This document shows, piece after piece, positions 20,478 to 30,055 of a DNA stretch of 64,000 nucleotides. Both the position numbers and the translations under genes were made by a program. This DNA comes from an uncultured cyanobacterium (lineage in GTDB: Bacteria; Cyanobacteriota; Cyanobacteriia; PCC-6307; Cyanobiaceae), in the NCBI GenBank assembly GCA_963697335.1, contig CAVONQ010000002.1:96001-160000 (forward strand), in the 5' to 3' direction. The notes below the pieces were generated by a model that had not been told where the DNA came from, did no database searches, and saw nothing but the letters and a program-made list of their open reading frames with translations. Numbering within the stretch: position 1 is the first letter of the stretch; each line of letters opens with the position of its first letter.

Positions 20478-21533
20478 ATGCCGACGGTTCTGGCCCTCGA
20501 AACAAGTTGTGACGAGTCAGCGGCTGCGATTGTGCGCGATCGCACGGTGCTGGCCAGCGCCGTGGCCTCCCAGGTGGAGGAGCACGCCCGCTGGGGGGGT
20601 GTGGTGCCCGAAATTGCCTCGCGTCGCCATGTGGAGGCCCTGCCGGCGCTGATCGAGCGCGTCTGCGGCCAGGCCGGCCTGGGACCCGCCGCCATGGATG
20701 CCATCGCCGCCACCGCCACCCCTGGCCTGCTGGGGGCCCTGCTGGTGGCCTCGCTCACCGGCCGCACCCTGGCCCGGCTCCATGGCCGCCCCTTCCTGGG
20801 CATCCATCATCTGGAGGGCCATCTCTGCTCGGTGCAGCTCGGCGATCCCCTGCCGCCGGGGCCCTATCTGGTGCTGCTGGTGAGCGGTGGGCACACGGAG
20901 CTGATCCAGGTGAGCGGCCCCGGGCTCTACAGGCGGCTGGGGCGCAGCCATGACGACGCGGCCGGCGAGGCCTTCGACAAAGTGGCCCGCCTGCTGGGGC
21001 TGGGCTATCCGGGCGGACCCGCCATTCAGGCCGTCTCGGGCCCGGGCGATCCCCATCGCTTCACCCTGCCCAAGGGCAGGGTGTCGAGGCCGGAGGGCGG
21101 CTACCACCCCTACGACTTCAGCTTCAGCGGGCTCAAGACGGCGATGCTGCGGTTGGTGCGGTCGCTGCAGCAGGCCGGAGAGCCGCTGCCGCTGGCCGAC
21201 CTGGCCGCCAGCTTCGAGCAGGTGGTGGCGGAGGTGCTGGTGGAGCGCAGTTGCCGCTGCGCTCGCGACCTGGGCCTCGGCACCCTGGTGCTGGTGGGTG
21301 GCGTCGCCGCCAACCGCCGGCTGCGGGCCCTGCTGCAGGAGCGGGCCAGCCGCGATGGCCTGCAGTGGCGGGTGGCCCCCCTGCCCTACTGCACCGACAA
21401 CGCCGCCATGGTCGGGGTGGCGGCCTGCCAGCGCCTGGATCTGGGCCAGACCAGCTGCGCCAACCTCGGCGTGGCCGCCCGTTGGCCGCTCGAGCAGGCG
21501 GACAGGCTCTATGAACCTGCGGCCTGCTTCTGA
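20478..21533 (+). CDS. tsaD: tRNA N6-adenosine threonylcarbamoyltransferase
   Basis: [47 protein letters not shown] and CTDNAAM motifs. Confidence 0.96.
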   Translation: MPTVLALETSCDESAAAIVRDRTVLASAVASQVEEHARWGGVVPEIASRRHVEALPALIERVCGQAGLGPAAMDAIAATATPGLLGALLVASLTGRTLARLHGRPFLGIHHLEGHLCSVQLGDPLPPGPYLVLLVSGGHTELIQVSGPGLYRRLGRSHDDAAGEAFDKVARLLGLGYPGGPAIQAVSGPGDPHRFTLPKGRVSRPEGGYHPYDFSFSGLKTAMLRLVRSLQQAGEPLPLADLAASFEQVVAEVLVERSCRCARDLGLGTLVLVGGVAANRRLRALLQERASRDGLQWRVAPLPYCTDNAAMVGVAACQRLDLGQTSCANLGVAARWPLEQADRLYEPAACF

Positions 21534-21612
21534 ACAGGCTGGCCCCCGCAGACCCAGCGCCAGGTGATCAGCACAACGGTCCTATTGTGAATCTGGAACT
21601 GGCGGTATCTCG

Positions 21613-21894
21613 ATGGCCTCCGCAGACGCTGAAAGGGCCAGCGAGCCGGGCCCAGGGGTCGAAACGGAAACCGCAGCCCAGGCCGGCGATCCGGCCCAGG
21701 CGATCGAGGCCGAGTCCAGCGAGGCTGCGGCCCACGCCCCCGAGTCCAGCCATGAGCCGGTGAGCCCCACCGAGCTGAATGCCTGGCGGCGCGGCTTCAC
21801 TCCCCAGGCCGAAATCTGGAACGGCCGTCTGGCCATGCTCGGCCTGTCGGTGGGGCTGACGGTGCTGCTGCTGGCGCGGCTGGCCATGGGCTGA
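21613..21894 (+). CDS. hli: high light-inducible protein (HLIP) with an acidic N-terminal extension
   Basis: WRRGFTPQAEIWNGRLAMLG chlorophyll-binding motif followed by a TM helix. Confidence 0.88.
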   Translation: MASADAERASEPGPGVETETAAQAGDPAQAIEAESSEAAAHAPESSHEPVSPTELNAWRRGFTPQAEIWNGRLAMLGLSVGLTVLLLARLAMG

Positions 21895-21899
21895 GCCTG

Positions 21900-22240
21900 A
21901 ATCCGGTTCTCCCCCTGAAGGACTGGGCCAGTTCGTTGGGCCCGAGGCTCTGGGCCAGGGCATCGGCTTCCTCCACCGTGCCGGCGTTCACCAGATCCAG
22001 CAGGAACTGAATTGATGGTCTGCATGCCGTCAAAGCGGCTGCGCCTCAAGATCTCCTCGATCGCATCGAGTTCGCCGCCCTGGATGTCATCCCCGCAATC
22101 ATCTTGACGGCGGAGCTGGTGTGCAGCGTGCCGAACACCAACTGGCGCGCAGGGCGCCCTGCAAGTCCCTCGCGTGCAGGCCCAGCTGGCCCTGGCGGGC
22201 TCAGATGGTCGGCGATGAGGACGGAGACCAGGCCCATGGC
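21900..22240 (-). pseudogene. pilT: degraded type IV pilus retraction ATPase remnant
   Basis: Ordered fragments in shifting frames: QLGLHARDLQGALRA / QLVFGTLHTSSAVK / DDIQGGELDAIEEILRRSRFDGMQTIN / QFLLDLVNAGTVEEADALAQSLGPNELAQSFRGR. Confidence 0.8.
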
Positions 22241-22384
22241 AGGCAGCAGGCGGGGTGGGACCCAGGATGAAAAGCAGCAGACCATCGCGTCGACCCGGCC
22301 GACTTTCGCCAAGCGTCGCAGCGCCAGTCCGGCCGGTCAGCTGTCGAGCCGGTTCCTAGGATCCCGCCCGTCCGCAGGCCCGTC

Positions 22385-23503
22385 TTGACCAAGCCCCTCG
22401 TCAGCATCGTGCTGGGCACCAGGCCTGAGGCGATCAAGCTGGCCCCGGTGATCCTGGCGTTTCAGCAGGCCCAGGATTTCCGCACCCGGGTGGTGCTCAC
22501 CGGTCAGCACCGCGAAATGGTGAGCCAGGTGATGGAGCTGTTTGCCCTCACGGCCGACCACGACCTGGCCCTGATGGCGCCGCAGCAGACCCTGACCCAC
22601 ATCACCTGCGCAGCCCTCGAGGGCCTCAAGCGGGAGTTCGCTGAGCATCCTCCCGAGCTGGTGCTGGTGCAAGGCGATACCACCACCGCCTTCGCCTCGG
22701 CCCTGGCCGCTTTTTACGCCCAGATCCCCGTGGGGCACGTGGAGGCCGGCCTGCGTACCGACAACATCTTCGATCCCTTCCCGGAGGAGGCCAACCGGCG
22801 GCTGATTTCCCAGCTGGCCCAGCTGCACTTCGCCCCCACCGAGCAAGCCGCCGCCAACTGCCGGGCCTCGGGGGTGGTGGGCCGCATCCTCACCACCGGC
22901 AACACCGTGATCGATGCCCTGCTGCAGATGGCTGAACGGGCCCCCGCCTACGGGCTCGACGGCCTCGACTGGCAGCGGCAGCGGGTGATCCTGGCCACGG
23001 TGCACCGCCGCGAAAACTGGGGTGAACGCCTGCGCGAGATCGGCCAGGGCTTTCTTGCCGTGCTGGAACGCTTCCCCGACACGGCCCTGCTGCTGCCCCT
23101 GCACCGCAACCCCACGGTGCGGGAGCCCCTGCAGGAGCTGCTTGGCAGCCACCCGCGGGCCTTCCTCACCGAACCGCTTGACTACGACGAACTGGTGGCG
23201 GCGATGCGGGGATGCACGCTGGTGCTGAGCGATTCCGGCGGCCTGCAGGAGGAGGCTCCCGCCCTGGGCAAGCCGGTGCTGGTGCTGCGCCGCACCACCG
23301 AACGGCCCGAGGCGATCCAGGCGGGCACCGCCAAGCTGATCGGCACCGCCAGCAGCGACATCCTCGCCGAGGCCTCAGCCCTGCTCACCGATGCGGCGGC
23401 CTATGAGGCGATGGCGCGGGCCCACAACCCCTTCGGCGACGGCCAGGCCAGCGGACGGATCGTGGCGGCGGCCCGGGAGTTCCTGACCGGCCCGGCCGGC
23501 TGA
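22385..23503 (+). CDS. wecB: UDP-N-acetylglucosamine 2-epimerase (non-hydrolysing)
   Basis: GTRPEAIK, TGQHREM, QGDTTT, HVEAGLRT, HRRENWG, DSGGLQEEAP and NPFGDG motifs. Confidence 0.96.
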   Translation: MTKPLVSIVLGTRPEAIKLAPVILAFQQAQDFRTRVVLTGQHREMVSQVMELFALTADHDLALMAPQQTLTHITCAALEGLKREFAEHPPELVLVQGDTTTAFASALAAFYAQIPVGHVEAGLRTDNIFDPFPEEANRRLISQLAQLHFAPTEQAAANCRASGVVGRILTTGNTVIDALLQMAERAPAYGLDGLDWQRQRVILATVHRRENWGERLREIGQGFLAVLERFPDTALLLPLHRNPTVREPLQELLGSHPRAFLTEPLDYDELVAAMRGCTLVLSDSGGLQEEAPALGKPVLVLRRTTERPEAIQAGTAKLIGTASSDILAEASALLTDAAAYEAMARAHNPFGDGQASGRIVAAAREFLTGPAG

Positions 23504-23522
23504 TCCCCCGCGGGCCGCGCCC

Positions 23523-24749
23523 TCAGCGCTTCTTGTTCGACCAGGGAGGCAGGTCGATGAACACCCTGGTGCCGGCTTCCAGGCCGGAGAGGATCTGGGT
23601 GTCCTTGCCGCCGCTGATGCCGAGTTCCACCGGTTGGAACAGGGGCTGGCGGTCCTTGTCCACCAGCAGCACCCCGGGGCGGCCGTCCTCGGTCACGATT
23701 GCCACGGTGGGCACCAGGGTCTTGGCCTGCACCTGGCCGGTGCGGAAGTCCACGTCGGTGGTCATGCCGATGCGCAGCTCGGGCTGGGGCTGGAGGAAGC
23801 GCAGCACCACATCGAAGGAGGTCACATTGTTGAGCTTCACCGCCCGGGGGGTGATCCGCTTCACCACCACCTCGAAACGACGGTCCGGGAAGGCATCCAC
23901 CCGCACGCTGGCCTGCTGGCCCAGCTCGATGCGGCCGATGTCGCTCTCGGGCACCTTGGCCACCACCTCAAGGCCCTGGGCCAGCTCCACGATCGAGGAG
24001 CTGGTGGCGCCGGCCGTGGCCGAGGCGGTGGTGGTGGGGGTCACGAAGGAGCCTGGATCGGCGAAGCGCTGGGTGATCACCCCGGCGAACGGGGCCCGCA
24101 CGATCAGGTCGGCCTGCTCGACCTCGCGGGCCGCCAGACGCTGGCGAGCGGCCTCCACGGCAGCCTTGTCCACCAGGAAGGTGCTGCGCACGGTGTTGTA
24201 GTCGCTGAGGCTGATGGCGTTTTCCTGGAACAGGGTTTCGTTGCGCTCCAGCTCACTGCGGCTGCGCACCAGCTGGGCCTGGGCCGACTGCAGCTGGGCC
24301 CTGAGCTCATTGAGGCGGTCGCTGAGGTCGCCGCTGTCCATGCGGGCCAGGGCCTGGCCGGCCTGCACCAGATCGCCCTCTTCCACGAACAGTTCTTCCA
24401 GAACCCCCTGCCGTTTGGGACTCACGTTCACCCGCTTTTCGGCCTCCAGCTCGCCGGAGGCACTCACCACGCCGGGCAGGTCCCCCGACTTGGCCAGCAC
24501 CGTGTAGGGCTCGAGGTTGGCCGACGCCGCCCCCCTCTGACGCTGCCACACCACCCCCGCCGCCAGCACGAGCACGATGGCGACGCCGGCGACAGCCCAG
24601 AGGCGCCGGCGCTGCCACCAACGCAAGGCCGGCGCAGGGGGAGCGATCCCGCTGTCGGGGGGTGTTCCCGGAGCGTCGGTGGAGCGATCGGAGTCGGCCG
24701 GAGTCCTGGGCCGGCGGGGGGTGAGGGTGGGAATCGGCCTGGCCAGCAT
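23523..24749 (-). CDS. efflux RND/ABC transporter periplasmic adaptor subunit (HlyD family)
   Basis: N-terminal TM helix, lipoyl-like VEEGDLVQAGQ.LA, coiled coil, RAPFAG, V.VDAFP and LRIGM motifs. Confidence 0.88.
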   Translation of the reverse strand: MLARPIPTLTPRRPRTPADSDRSTDAPGTPPDSGIAPPAPALRWWQRRRLWAVAGVAIVLVLAAGVVWQRQRGAASANLEPYTVLAKSGDLPGVVSASGELEAEKRVNVSPKRQGVLEELFVEEGDLVQAGQALARMDSGDLSDRLNELRAQLQSAQAQLVRSRSELERNETLFQENAISLSDYNTVRSTFLVDKAAVEAARQRLAAREVEQADLIVRAPFAGVITQRFADPGSFVTPTTTASATAGATSSSIVELAQGLEVVAKVPESDIGRIELGQQASVRVDAFPDRRFEVVVKRITPRAVKLNNVTSFDVVLRFLQPQPELRIGMTTDVDFRTGQVQAKTLVPTVAIVTEDGRPGVLLVDKDRQPLFQPVELGISGGKDTQILSGLEAGTRVFIDLPPWSNKKR

Positions 24750-24803
24750 CTCCCCCCAGTCTCGCGGCCGAGGGGGCCCAGCTGCGGCCCGTAGATTTCC
24801 CCC

Positions 24804-25895
24804 ATGCTTAAAGCCGGAATCGTCGGGCTGCCCAACGTGGGCAAGTCCACCCTGTTCAACGCCCTGGTGGCCAACGCCCAGGCGGAGGCGGCCAACTATC
24901 CGTTCTGCACGATCGAGCCCAACAGCGGCGTGGTGTCGGTGCCGGATCCCCGCCTCGATCAGCTGGCCCAGCTGAGCCGCAGCAAGGAGATCGTGCCGAC
25001 GCGGGTGGAGTTCGTGGACATCGCCGGCCTGGTGGCGGGGGCCAGCCAGGGGGAGGGGCTCGGGAACAAGTTCCTGGCCAACATCCGGGAAGTGGACGCC
25101 ATCGTGCATGTGGTGCGCTGCTTCGAGGACGACGACGTGATTCACGTGTCGGGCTCAGTGGGGCCGGAGCGGGATGCGGAGGTGATCAATCTCGAGTTGG
25201 GCCTGGCCGACCTCAGCCAGGTGGAGAAGCGTCGCGACCGTCTCAAGAAACAGGTGCGCACCAGCAAGGAGGCCCAGCAGGAAGATGCCGTGCTGGAGCG
25301 CATCCAGGCGGAGCTGGAGGCCGGTGGCGCCGCCCGCAACCTCGACCTGAGCCCGGAGGAGCTGGCCCTGGTCAAACCCCTCGGCCTGCTCAGCGCCAAG
25401 CCGATCATCTACGCCACCAATGTGAGCGAGAACGATCTCGCCGGCGGCAATGCCCATGGGGAGGCCGTGGTGGCCCTGGCCGCCCGGGAGCGGGCCGAAA
25501 CCGTGCGCATCTCCGCCCAGGTGGAAGCCGAGCTGATCGAGCTGCCCCAGGAGGATCGCGCCGAATTCCTCGAGGGCCTGGGGGTGAGCGAGGGGGGGTT
25601 GCAGAGCCTGATCCGTGCCACCTACTCCCTGCTGGGCCTGCGCACCTACTTCACCAGCGGCGAGAAGGAGACCCGCGCCTGGACGATCACCGCCGGCATG
25701 ACCGCCCCCCAGGCGGCCGGGGTGATTCACACCGATTTCGAGCGGGGTTTCATCCGTGCCCAGACCATCGGCTGTGAGCAGCTGCTGGAGGCCGGCTCCC
25801 TGGCGGAGGCCCGCAACAGGGGCTGGCTGCGCAGTGAGGGCAAGGACTACGTGGTGGTCGAGGGCGACGTGATGGAGTTTCTGTTCAATGTCTGA
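24804..25895 (+). CDS. ychF: redox-regulated ATPase YchF
   Basis: [52 protein letters not shown] and EGKDY motifs. Confidence 0.97.
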   Translation: MLKAGIVGLPNVGKSTLFNALVANAQAEAANYPFCTIEPNSGVVSVPDPRLDQLAQLSRSKEIVPTRVEFVDIAGLVAGASQGEGLGNKFLANIREVDAIVHVVRCFEDDDVIHVSGSVGPERDAEVINLELGLADLSQVEKRRDRLKKQVRTSKEAQQEDAVLERIQAELEAGGAARNLDLSPEELALVKPLGLLSAKPIIYATNVSENDLAGGNAHGEAVVALAARERAETVRISAQVEAELIELPQEDRAEFLEGLGVSEGGLQSLIRATYSLLGLRTYFTSGEKETRAWTITAGMTAPQAAGVIHTDFERGFIRAQTIGCEQLLEAGSLAEARNRGWLRSEGKDYVVVEGDVMEFLFNV

Positions 25896-25956
25896 GCCGC
25901 GGCCGAGCCCCCAGCGCCCTGGATCGGCGAGAATCAAGGCCCCAGAGGAGCACACC

Positions 25957-26166
25957 ATGAGCCAGACACCAGGCCCGTCCGGCGCTGCCCCCGAGAGCCC
26001 GCGGCCCGCTGATCTCCCCGCCGATCACCCCCATAACTTCGACGCCCAGAAGGAGCTGCACCGCAAGATCCGCAACGATCCCGACTACGACGACTGGGAG
26101 TACGGCACTGAACCGCTGCCCCATGAGGCCTGGGCCCTCAGGCAGCCTCCAGAGCCCGCGGCCTGA
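25957..26166 (+). CDS. small hypothetical protein (69 aa)
   Basis: GAGGAG Shine-Dalgarno sequence 6 nt before ATG 25957; GC-ending codons dominate; motif HNFDAQKELHRKIRNDPDYDDWEYGTEPLP. Confidence 0.7.
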   Translation: MSQTPGPSGAAPESPRPADLPADHPHNFDAQKELHRKIRNDPDYDDWEYGTEPLPHEAWALRQPPEPAA

Positions 26167-27391
26167 TCCGCTGCACCAGCAGCTGTCCGGCCACGCACAG
26201 GGCCGCTGCCGTGAACCACACCCCCACGCCGTGCCCCTGGCGATCCAGGGCCAGGCCCGCCAGCAGAGGAGCCGTGAGGGCACTGAGGGCGAAGCACTGG
26301 GAGAACAGGGCCATGGCCAGGCCCCTGTGCTGGGGGGGGGTGATCTCCACCACGGCCTCGCTGGCCACCGGCAGGAAGGCCGCCTCCCCGAAGGCCAGGG
26401 GGATCTGGGCCAGCAGCACCAGCACCAGGCCAGCGCCGCTCAGGGCTGAGGCCCCCAGCAGGGCCGTGCCCAGGGCAAAGGCGGCCAGGCTCAGCCCCAG
26501 CCCCACGCGCACGGGCCGCCGGGCCAGGGCCTGCCCCACCGGCCACTGGATCAGCAGCAGCAGGCCCAGCTTCAGGCCGATCAGGAGCGCCCCCAGGCTC
26601 TCGGGCAGCGCCTGACGCGCCAGTCCCCCCCGCACCAGGTCCAGGGGCAGGGCGCTCTGCATCAGGGCCGGCAGGGCGGTGGCCAGCAGGGCCACGGCCA
26701 GCACCGGCAGCAGCGGTCGCCACCAGCCGCTGCCGAGCTCCAGGCCGCTGCCCACGGGGCGCCGCTTCGAGTTCGGCAGCGGTCGCAGCACCAGCAGCAG
26801 GGCCATGGCGGCGAGGCAGACCATGTCCACCCCATAGATCCAGCGCAACTGGCCGGCTGCCGCCAGGGCGGCCCCCAGCAGCGCCCCGGTGGCGATGCCG
26901 GCGGCGTCGGCACTGCGCACCAGGGCGTAGCCACGGGCCGACGGGATGGTGTGGGCACCCTGCTGGCAGCTCAGGGGCACCGCCAGTTCGATCGCGGGCC
27001 AGTAAAGACCCATGGACACGCCCATCAACAGCTGGCCCTGCAGGTAGGCCGGCAGGTCGAGGGCGCCCAGCAGCCGCACGTCGGCCAGCAGGGCGGTGAG
27101 GGCCGCCAGCAGCACGGGGCCTGAGCAGTTGACGCCCCGATCCAGCAGCCAGCCGCTCAGAAATCGCCCCCCCGTCCCCGCCAGCGCGGCCAGGGCGACG
27201 CCCTGGGTGACGCTGGCGGCACTGAAGTCCTGCTGGTGAAACACCATCGGCGTGAGATAGAGCACGCCACCGGCCCCGACCGACCCCACCAGCCGCACCC
27301 AGGCCACATGGCGCAGCGGCGCGGGAAACTGGAACCACCAGCCCCGACGCCGCGGCGTCCCCTCCGTTGCCCGCTCGGCCTCTGCGATCAC
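26138..27391 (-). CDS. MFS transporter
   Basis: About 12 hydrophobic segments; G.LLDRG loop motif; P..HRG.AMALFS. Confidence 0.85.
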   Translation of the reverse strand: MIAEAERATEGTPRRRGWWFQFPAPLRHVAWVRLVGSVGAGGVLYLTPMVFHQQDFSAASVTQGVALAALAGTGGRFLSGWLLDRGVNCSGPVLLAALTALLADVRLLGALDLPAYLQGQLLMGVSMGLYWPAIELAVPLSCQQGAHTIPSARGYALVRSADAAGIATGALLGAALAAAGQLRWIYGVDMVCLAAMALLLVLRPLPNSKRRPVGSGLELGSGWWRPLLPVLAVALLATALPALMQSALPLDLVRGGLARQALPESLGALLIGLKLGLLLLIQWPVGQALARRPVRVGLGLSLAAFALGTALLGASALSGAGLVLVLLAQIPLAFGEAAFLPVASEAVVEITPPQHRGLAMALFSQCFALSALTAPLLAGLALDRQGHGVGVWFTAAALCVAGQLLVQRIRPRALEAA

Positions 27392-29013
27392 CTGCTCGTT
27401 GCCTGCCGGGGGTGCTGGCCAGTCTGCTGGTGGTCGGCCCCGCGCTCGTGGCTGCCGTTGCGCCCCAGCCCGCGCGCGCCTCGGGGGAGGTGGTGGTGGA
27501 ACTGGACGGGCTGAAGCTGCCGATCGACCTCGATCAGCTGGCGGCCTGGACCCTCAAGCCGGACCGCGCCAGCGGCAGCCTCGGCCTCTGGCTCAACCTG
27601 CTCGATGCCGAGTCCCGCCAGGGCCTGATCCGGCTGTTGCGGGCCCCCCTGCTGCAGGACCGCGGCTTCGGCCTCCAGCTGCTGAGCAGCTGGACCGGGG
27701 AGCCGTTGCTGCGCGAGGTGGGAGGCCTGATCACCAGCGCTGCGGGAGAGAACACCGGCGTGCTGCTGCTGGAGACCCTGCAGGAGCTGTTGGCGCGCCA
27801 GAGCACGATCACCACCCTCGACCTGCTGCAGGCCCTGCCTCCCCAGAGCCTGAACCTGCGCATTGATGGCCTGCTGGAGCTGGCGGCCGACTGGCGGCGC
27901 CAGCTCCAGAGCCAGGAGCGGGCGATTCAGCGGCTGCGGGAGCTGCCGCTGCCCAGCCGCAGCTCCCGCAGCCTGCTGATCGGCCGCCAGCAGCTCGGGG
28001 CGCCCCAGCAGATCCTGCTGACGGTGGCCCACCGCTCCGAGCCCCTGCCCCTGGAGCTCTGGCCAGCGCGCCGGGCCAAGCGAGGACCCTGGCTGCTGCT
28101 GATGCCCGGGCTGGGGGGCAACACCGAGCAGCTCAGCTGGCTGGCGGCGGCCCTGGCGGAGCGGGGCTGGCCAGTGCTGGTGATCGAGCATCCCGGCAGT
28201 GACGAGCAGGCGGTGGAGGCCTCGCTTCGGGGGGAAGGTCCTCCGCCGGGGGCGGAGTCCCTGCCTGATCGGCTGGCGGATCTGCAGGCCGTGCTGGCGG
28301 CACGCCGCGATGGCAGCCTGCCGTCGCTGGGTCCCCAGCCCTCAGGGGAGGACGGCATGGTGCTGATCGGCCACTCCCTCGGGGGCCTGGCGGCCCTGAT
28401 GGCGGCGGGCCTGGTGCCCGAGCAGGGGCTCAGGCAGCGCTGTCAGCAGGCCCTCTCCTCCTTGCCGGTGACGAACCTCTCGCGCCTCCTGCAGTGCCAG
28501 CTGCCGGACATCACCGGCGATGGCGCCAGCCGCTCCTTTCCGGTGAGTGGCTCGTCGCTTCAGGACGCCATCCCCCTGCGCGGAGTGATCACCTTCAACG
28601 GCTTCGGCAGCCTGTTGTGGCCCAGCCGTGGCCTGGCCGATCTGGCCGTGCCGGCGCTGCTGGTGGGCGGCAGCCTCGATCTGGTCACCCCGCCGGTGAC
28701 CGAGCAGCTGGGCCTGTTCAGCGGGTCCAGCGATCCCCGCAGCCGCCTGGTGGTGGTGGATGGGGGGAGCCACTTCTCGCCGGTGCGGCTGGCAGGGCAG
28801 AACGAGCCGCTGTTCCGCCTCGGCGACCAGTTGGTGGGGGAGAAGCCCGAGCGGGTGCAGGAGCTGCTGCTCGCGCTCACGATCGAGTTTCTGGAAAGCA
28901 CCCAGCATCCCTCCCTGCTCTCACCCCAGCGGCGGGTGCACAACGAGATCACCGGCTATGTGCTCGATCGGGACCAGGCCGAGCGCTGGCGTCGCGCCAT
29001 CAACAGCCCCTGA
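27367..29013 (+). CDS. alpha/beta hydrolase with an N-terminal DUF1400-like domain
   Basis: Signal-like N-terminus; PGLGG, EHPGSD, GHSLGG nucleophile elbow, DLVTP and SHFS motifs; start uncertain. Confidence 0.82.
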   Translation: MPARPLRSPARCLPGVLASLLVVGPALVAAVAPQPARASGEVVVELDGLKLPIDLDQLAAWTLKPDRASGSLGLWLNLLDAESRQGLIRLLRAPLLQDRGFGLQLLSSWTGEPLLREVGGLITSAAGENTGVLLLETLQELLARQSTITTLDLLQALPPQSLNLRIDGLLELAADWRRQLQSQERAIQRLRELPLPSRSSRSLLIGRQQLGAPQQILLTVAHRSEPLPLELWPARRAKRGPWLLLMPGLGGNTEQLSWLAAALAERGWPVLVIEHPGSDEQAVEASLRGEGPPPGAESLPDRLADLQAVLAARRDGSLPSLGPQPSGEDGMVLIGHSLGGLAALMAAGLVPEQGLRQRCQQALSSLPVTNLSRLLQCQLPDITGDGASRSFPVSGSSLQDAIPLRGVITFNGFGSLLWPSRGLADLAVPALLVGGSLDLVTPPVTEQLGLFSGSSDPRSRLVVVDGGSHFSPVRLAGQNEPLFRLGDQLVGEKPERVQELLLALTIEFLESTQHPSLLSPQRRVHNEITGYVLDRDQAERWRRAINSP

Positions 29014-29023
29014 GCTCAGGGCC

Positions 29024-30055
29024 TCAGAAGCGGATACGGGGATCCAGCAGGGCGACGAGCACATCGACCGTGACCGTGATCAGCACCACAAGGGCGGCCA
29101 CCACCACCACGATGCCCTGCACCAGGGGGTAGTCGCGCTGACTGATCGCCTCCTGCAGCCGGTAGGCGATCCCCGGCCAGGAATAGGTGACCTCGATCAG
29201 CAGGGCGCCGCCGATCAGGGAGGCCACGGTGATGCCGGTGATCGTGAGCACGGGCAGCAGGGCGTTGGGCAGGGCATGGCGCAGGATGACCCGCGCCTCC
29301 CCCAGGCCCCGGCTGCGGGCTGCCTCCACATAGTCACTGCCGAGGCTGCGGCGCAGGTTGAGGCGCAGGGCGTTGGCGAAGATGCCGCTCAGCAGCAGCG
29401 CCAGGGTGCCGGCCGGCAGGGTGAGGTGCCGCAGGGTGCCCTGCAGGGCCTGCCACTGGCCGCTGGCCAGGCCGCTGCGCAGGCTGTCGAGCAGATAGAA
29501 GCCGCTCCCCTCCGGGGGCAGCAGGGTGGGGGGGAAGCGGCCTCCCACCGGCAGCCAGCCCAGCCACACGGCAAACACCAGCTGCACCACCATGGCGGCC
29601 CAGAAGGGGGGCAGGGCGTAGGTGCCGATGCCGTAGAGCCGGCCGGCCAGGTCGAGCTTGCCCTCGGGGCGGGCAATCCCGGAGAAGCCCACCGCCAACC
29701 CCACCACGGCGGCCAGCAGCAGAGCCACGCTGCCCAGCTCCAGGCTGGCCGGCAGGGTCTGGCCGATCACGCCGCTCACGGGTTCCTGGTTGGTGAGGGA
29801 GTTGCCCAGATCGCCGCGCAGCAGATCGCCCAGAAAGCTGCCGTACTGGTGCAGCAGGGGCTGGTCGAGGCCGAGGCGGCTGCGCAGGGCGGCCCTGGCG
29901 GCCTCCGGGGCGCGGGTGCCGAGCAGGGCGTCGATCGGATCGCCGGGGGCCAGCCGCAGCAGCAGGAACACCAGGGTGGCGATCAGCCACAGCATCACTG
30001 GAGCCAGGGCCAGCCGGGCACCCACGTACTGGGCCAGGGCGCGGCGGCGGCTCAT
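29024..30055 (-). CDS. peptide/nickel ABC transporter permease (DppB-like)
   Basis: PGDP, LGLDQPL..QY, LPASLEL, DYVEAARSRGL...HAL.NA and RDYP.VQG motifs. Confidence 0.92.
   Translation of the reverse strand: MSRRRALAQYVGARLALAPVMLWLIATLVFLLLRLAPGDPIDALLGTRAPEAARAALRSRLGLDQPLLHQYGSFLGDLLRGDLGNSLTNQEPVSGVIGQTLPASLELGSVALLLAAVVGLAVGFSGIARPEGKLDLAGRLYGIGTYALPPFWAAMVVQLVFAVWLGWLPVGGRFPPTLLPPEGSGFYLLDSLRSGLASGQWQALQGTLRHLTLPAGTLALLLSGIFANALRLNLRRSLGSDYVEAARSRGLGEARVILRHALPNALLPVLTITGITVASLIGGALLIEVTYSWPGIAYRLQEAISQRDYPLVQGIVVVVAALVVLITVTVDVLVALLDPRIRF

Noticed and set aside
23523..24749. Orphan efflux adaptor as part of a novel secretion system
   Set aside because: Scattered transporter subunits are common in cyanobacteria, and nothing adjacent suggests a dedicated system.
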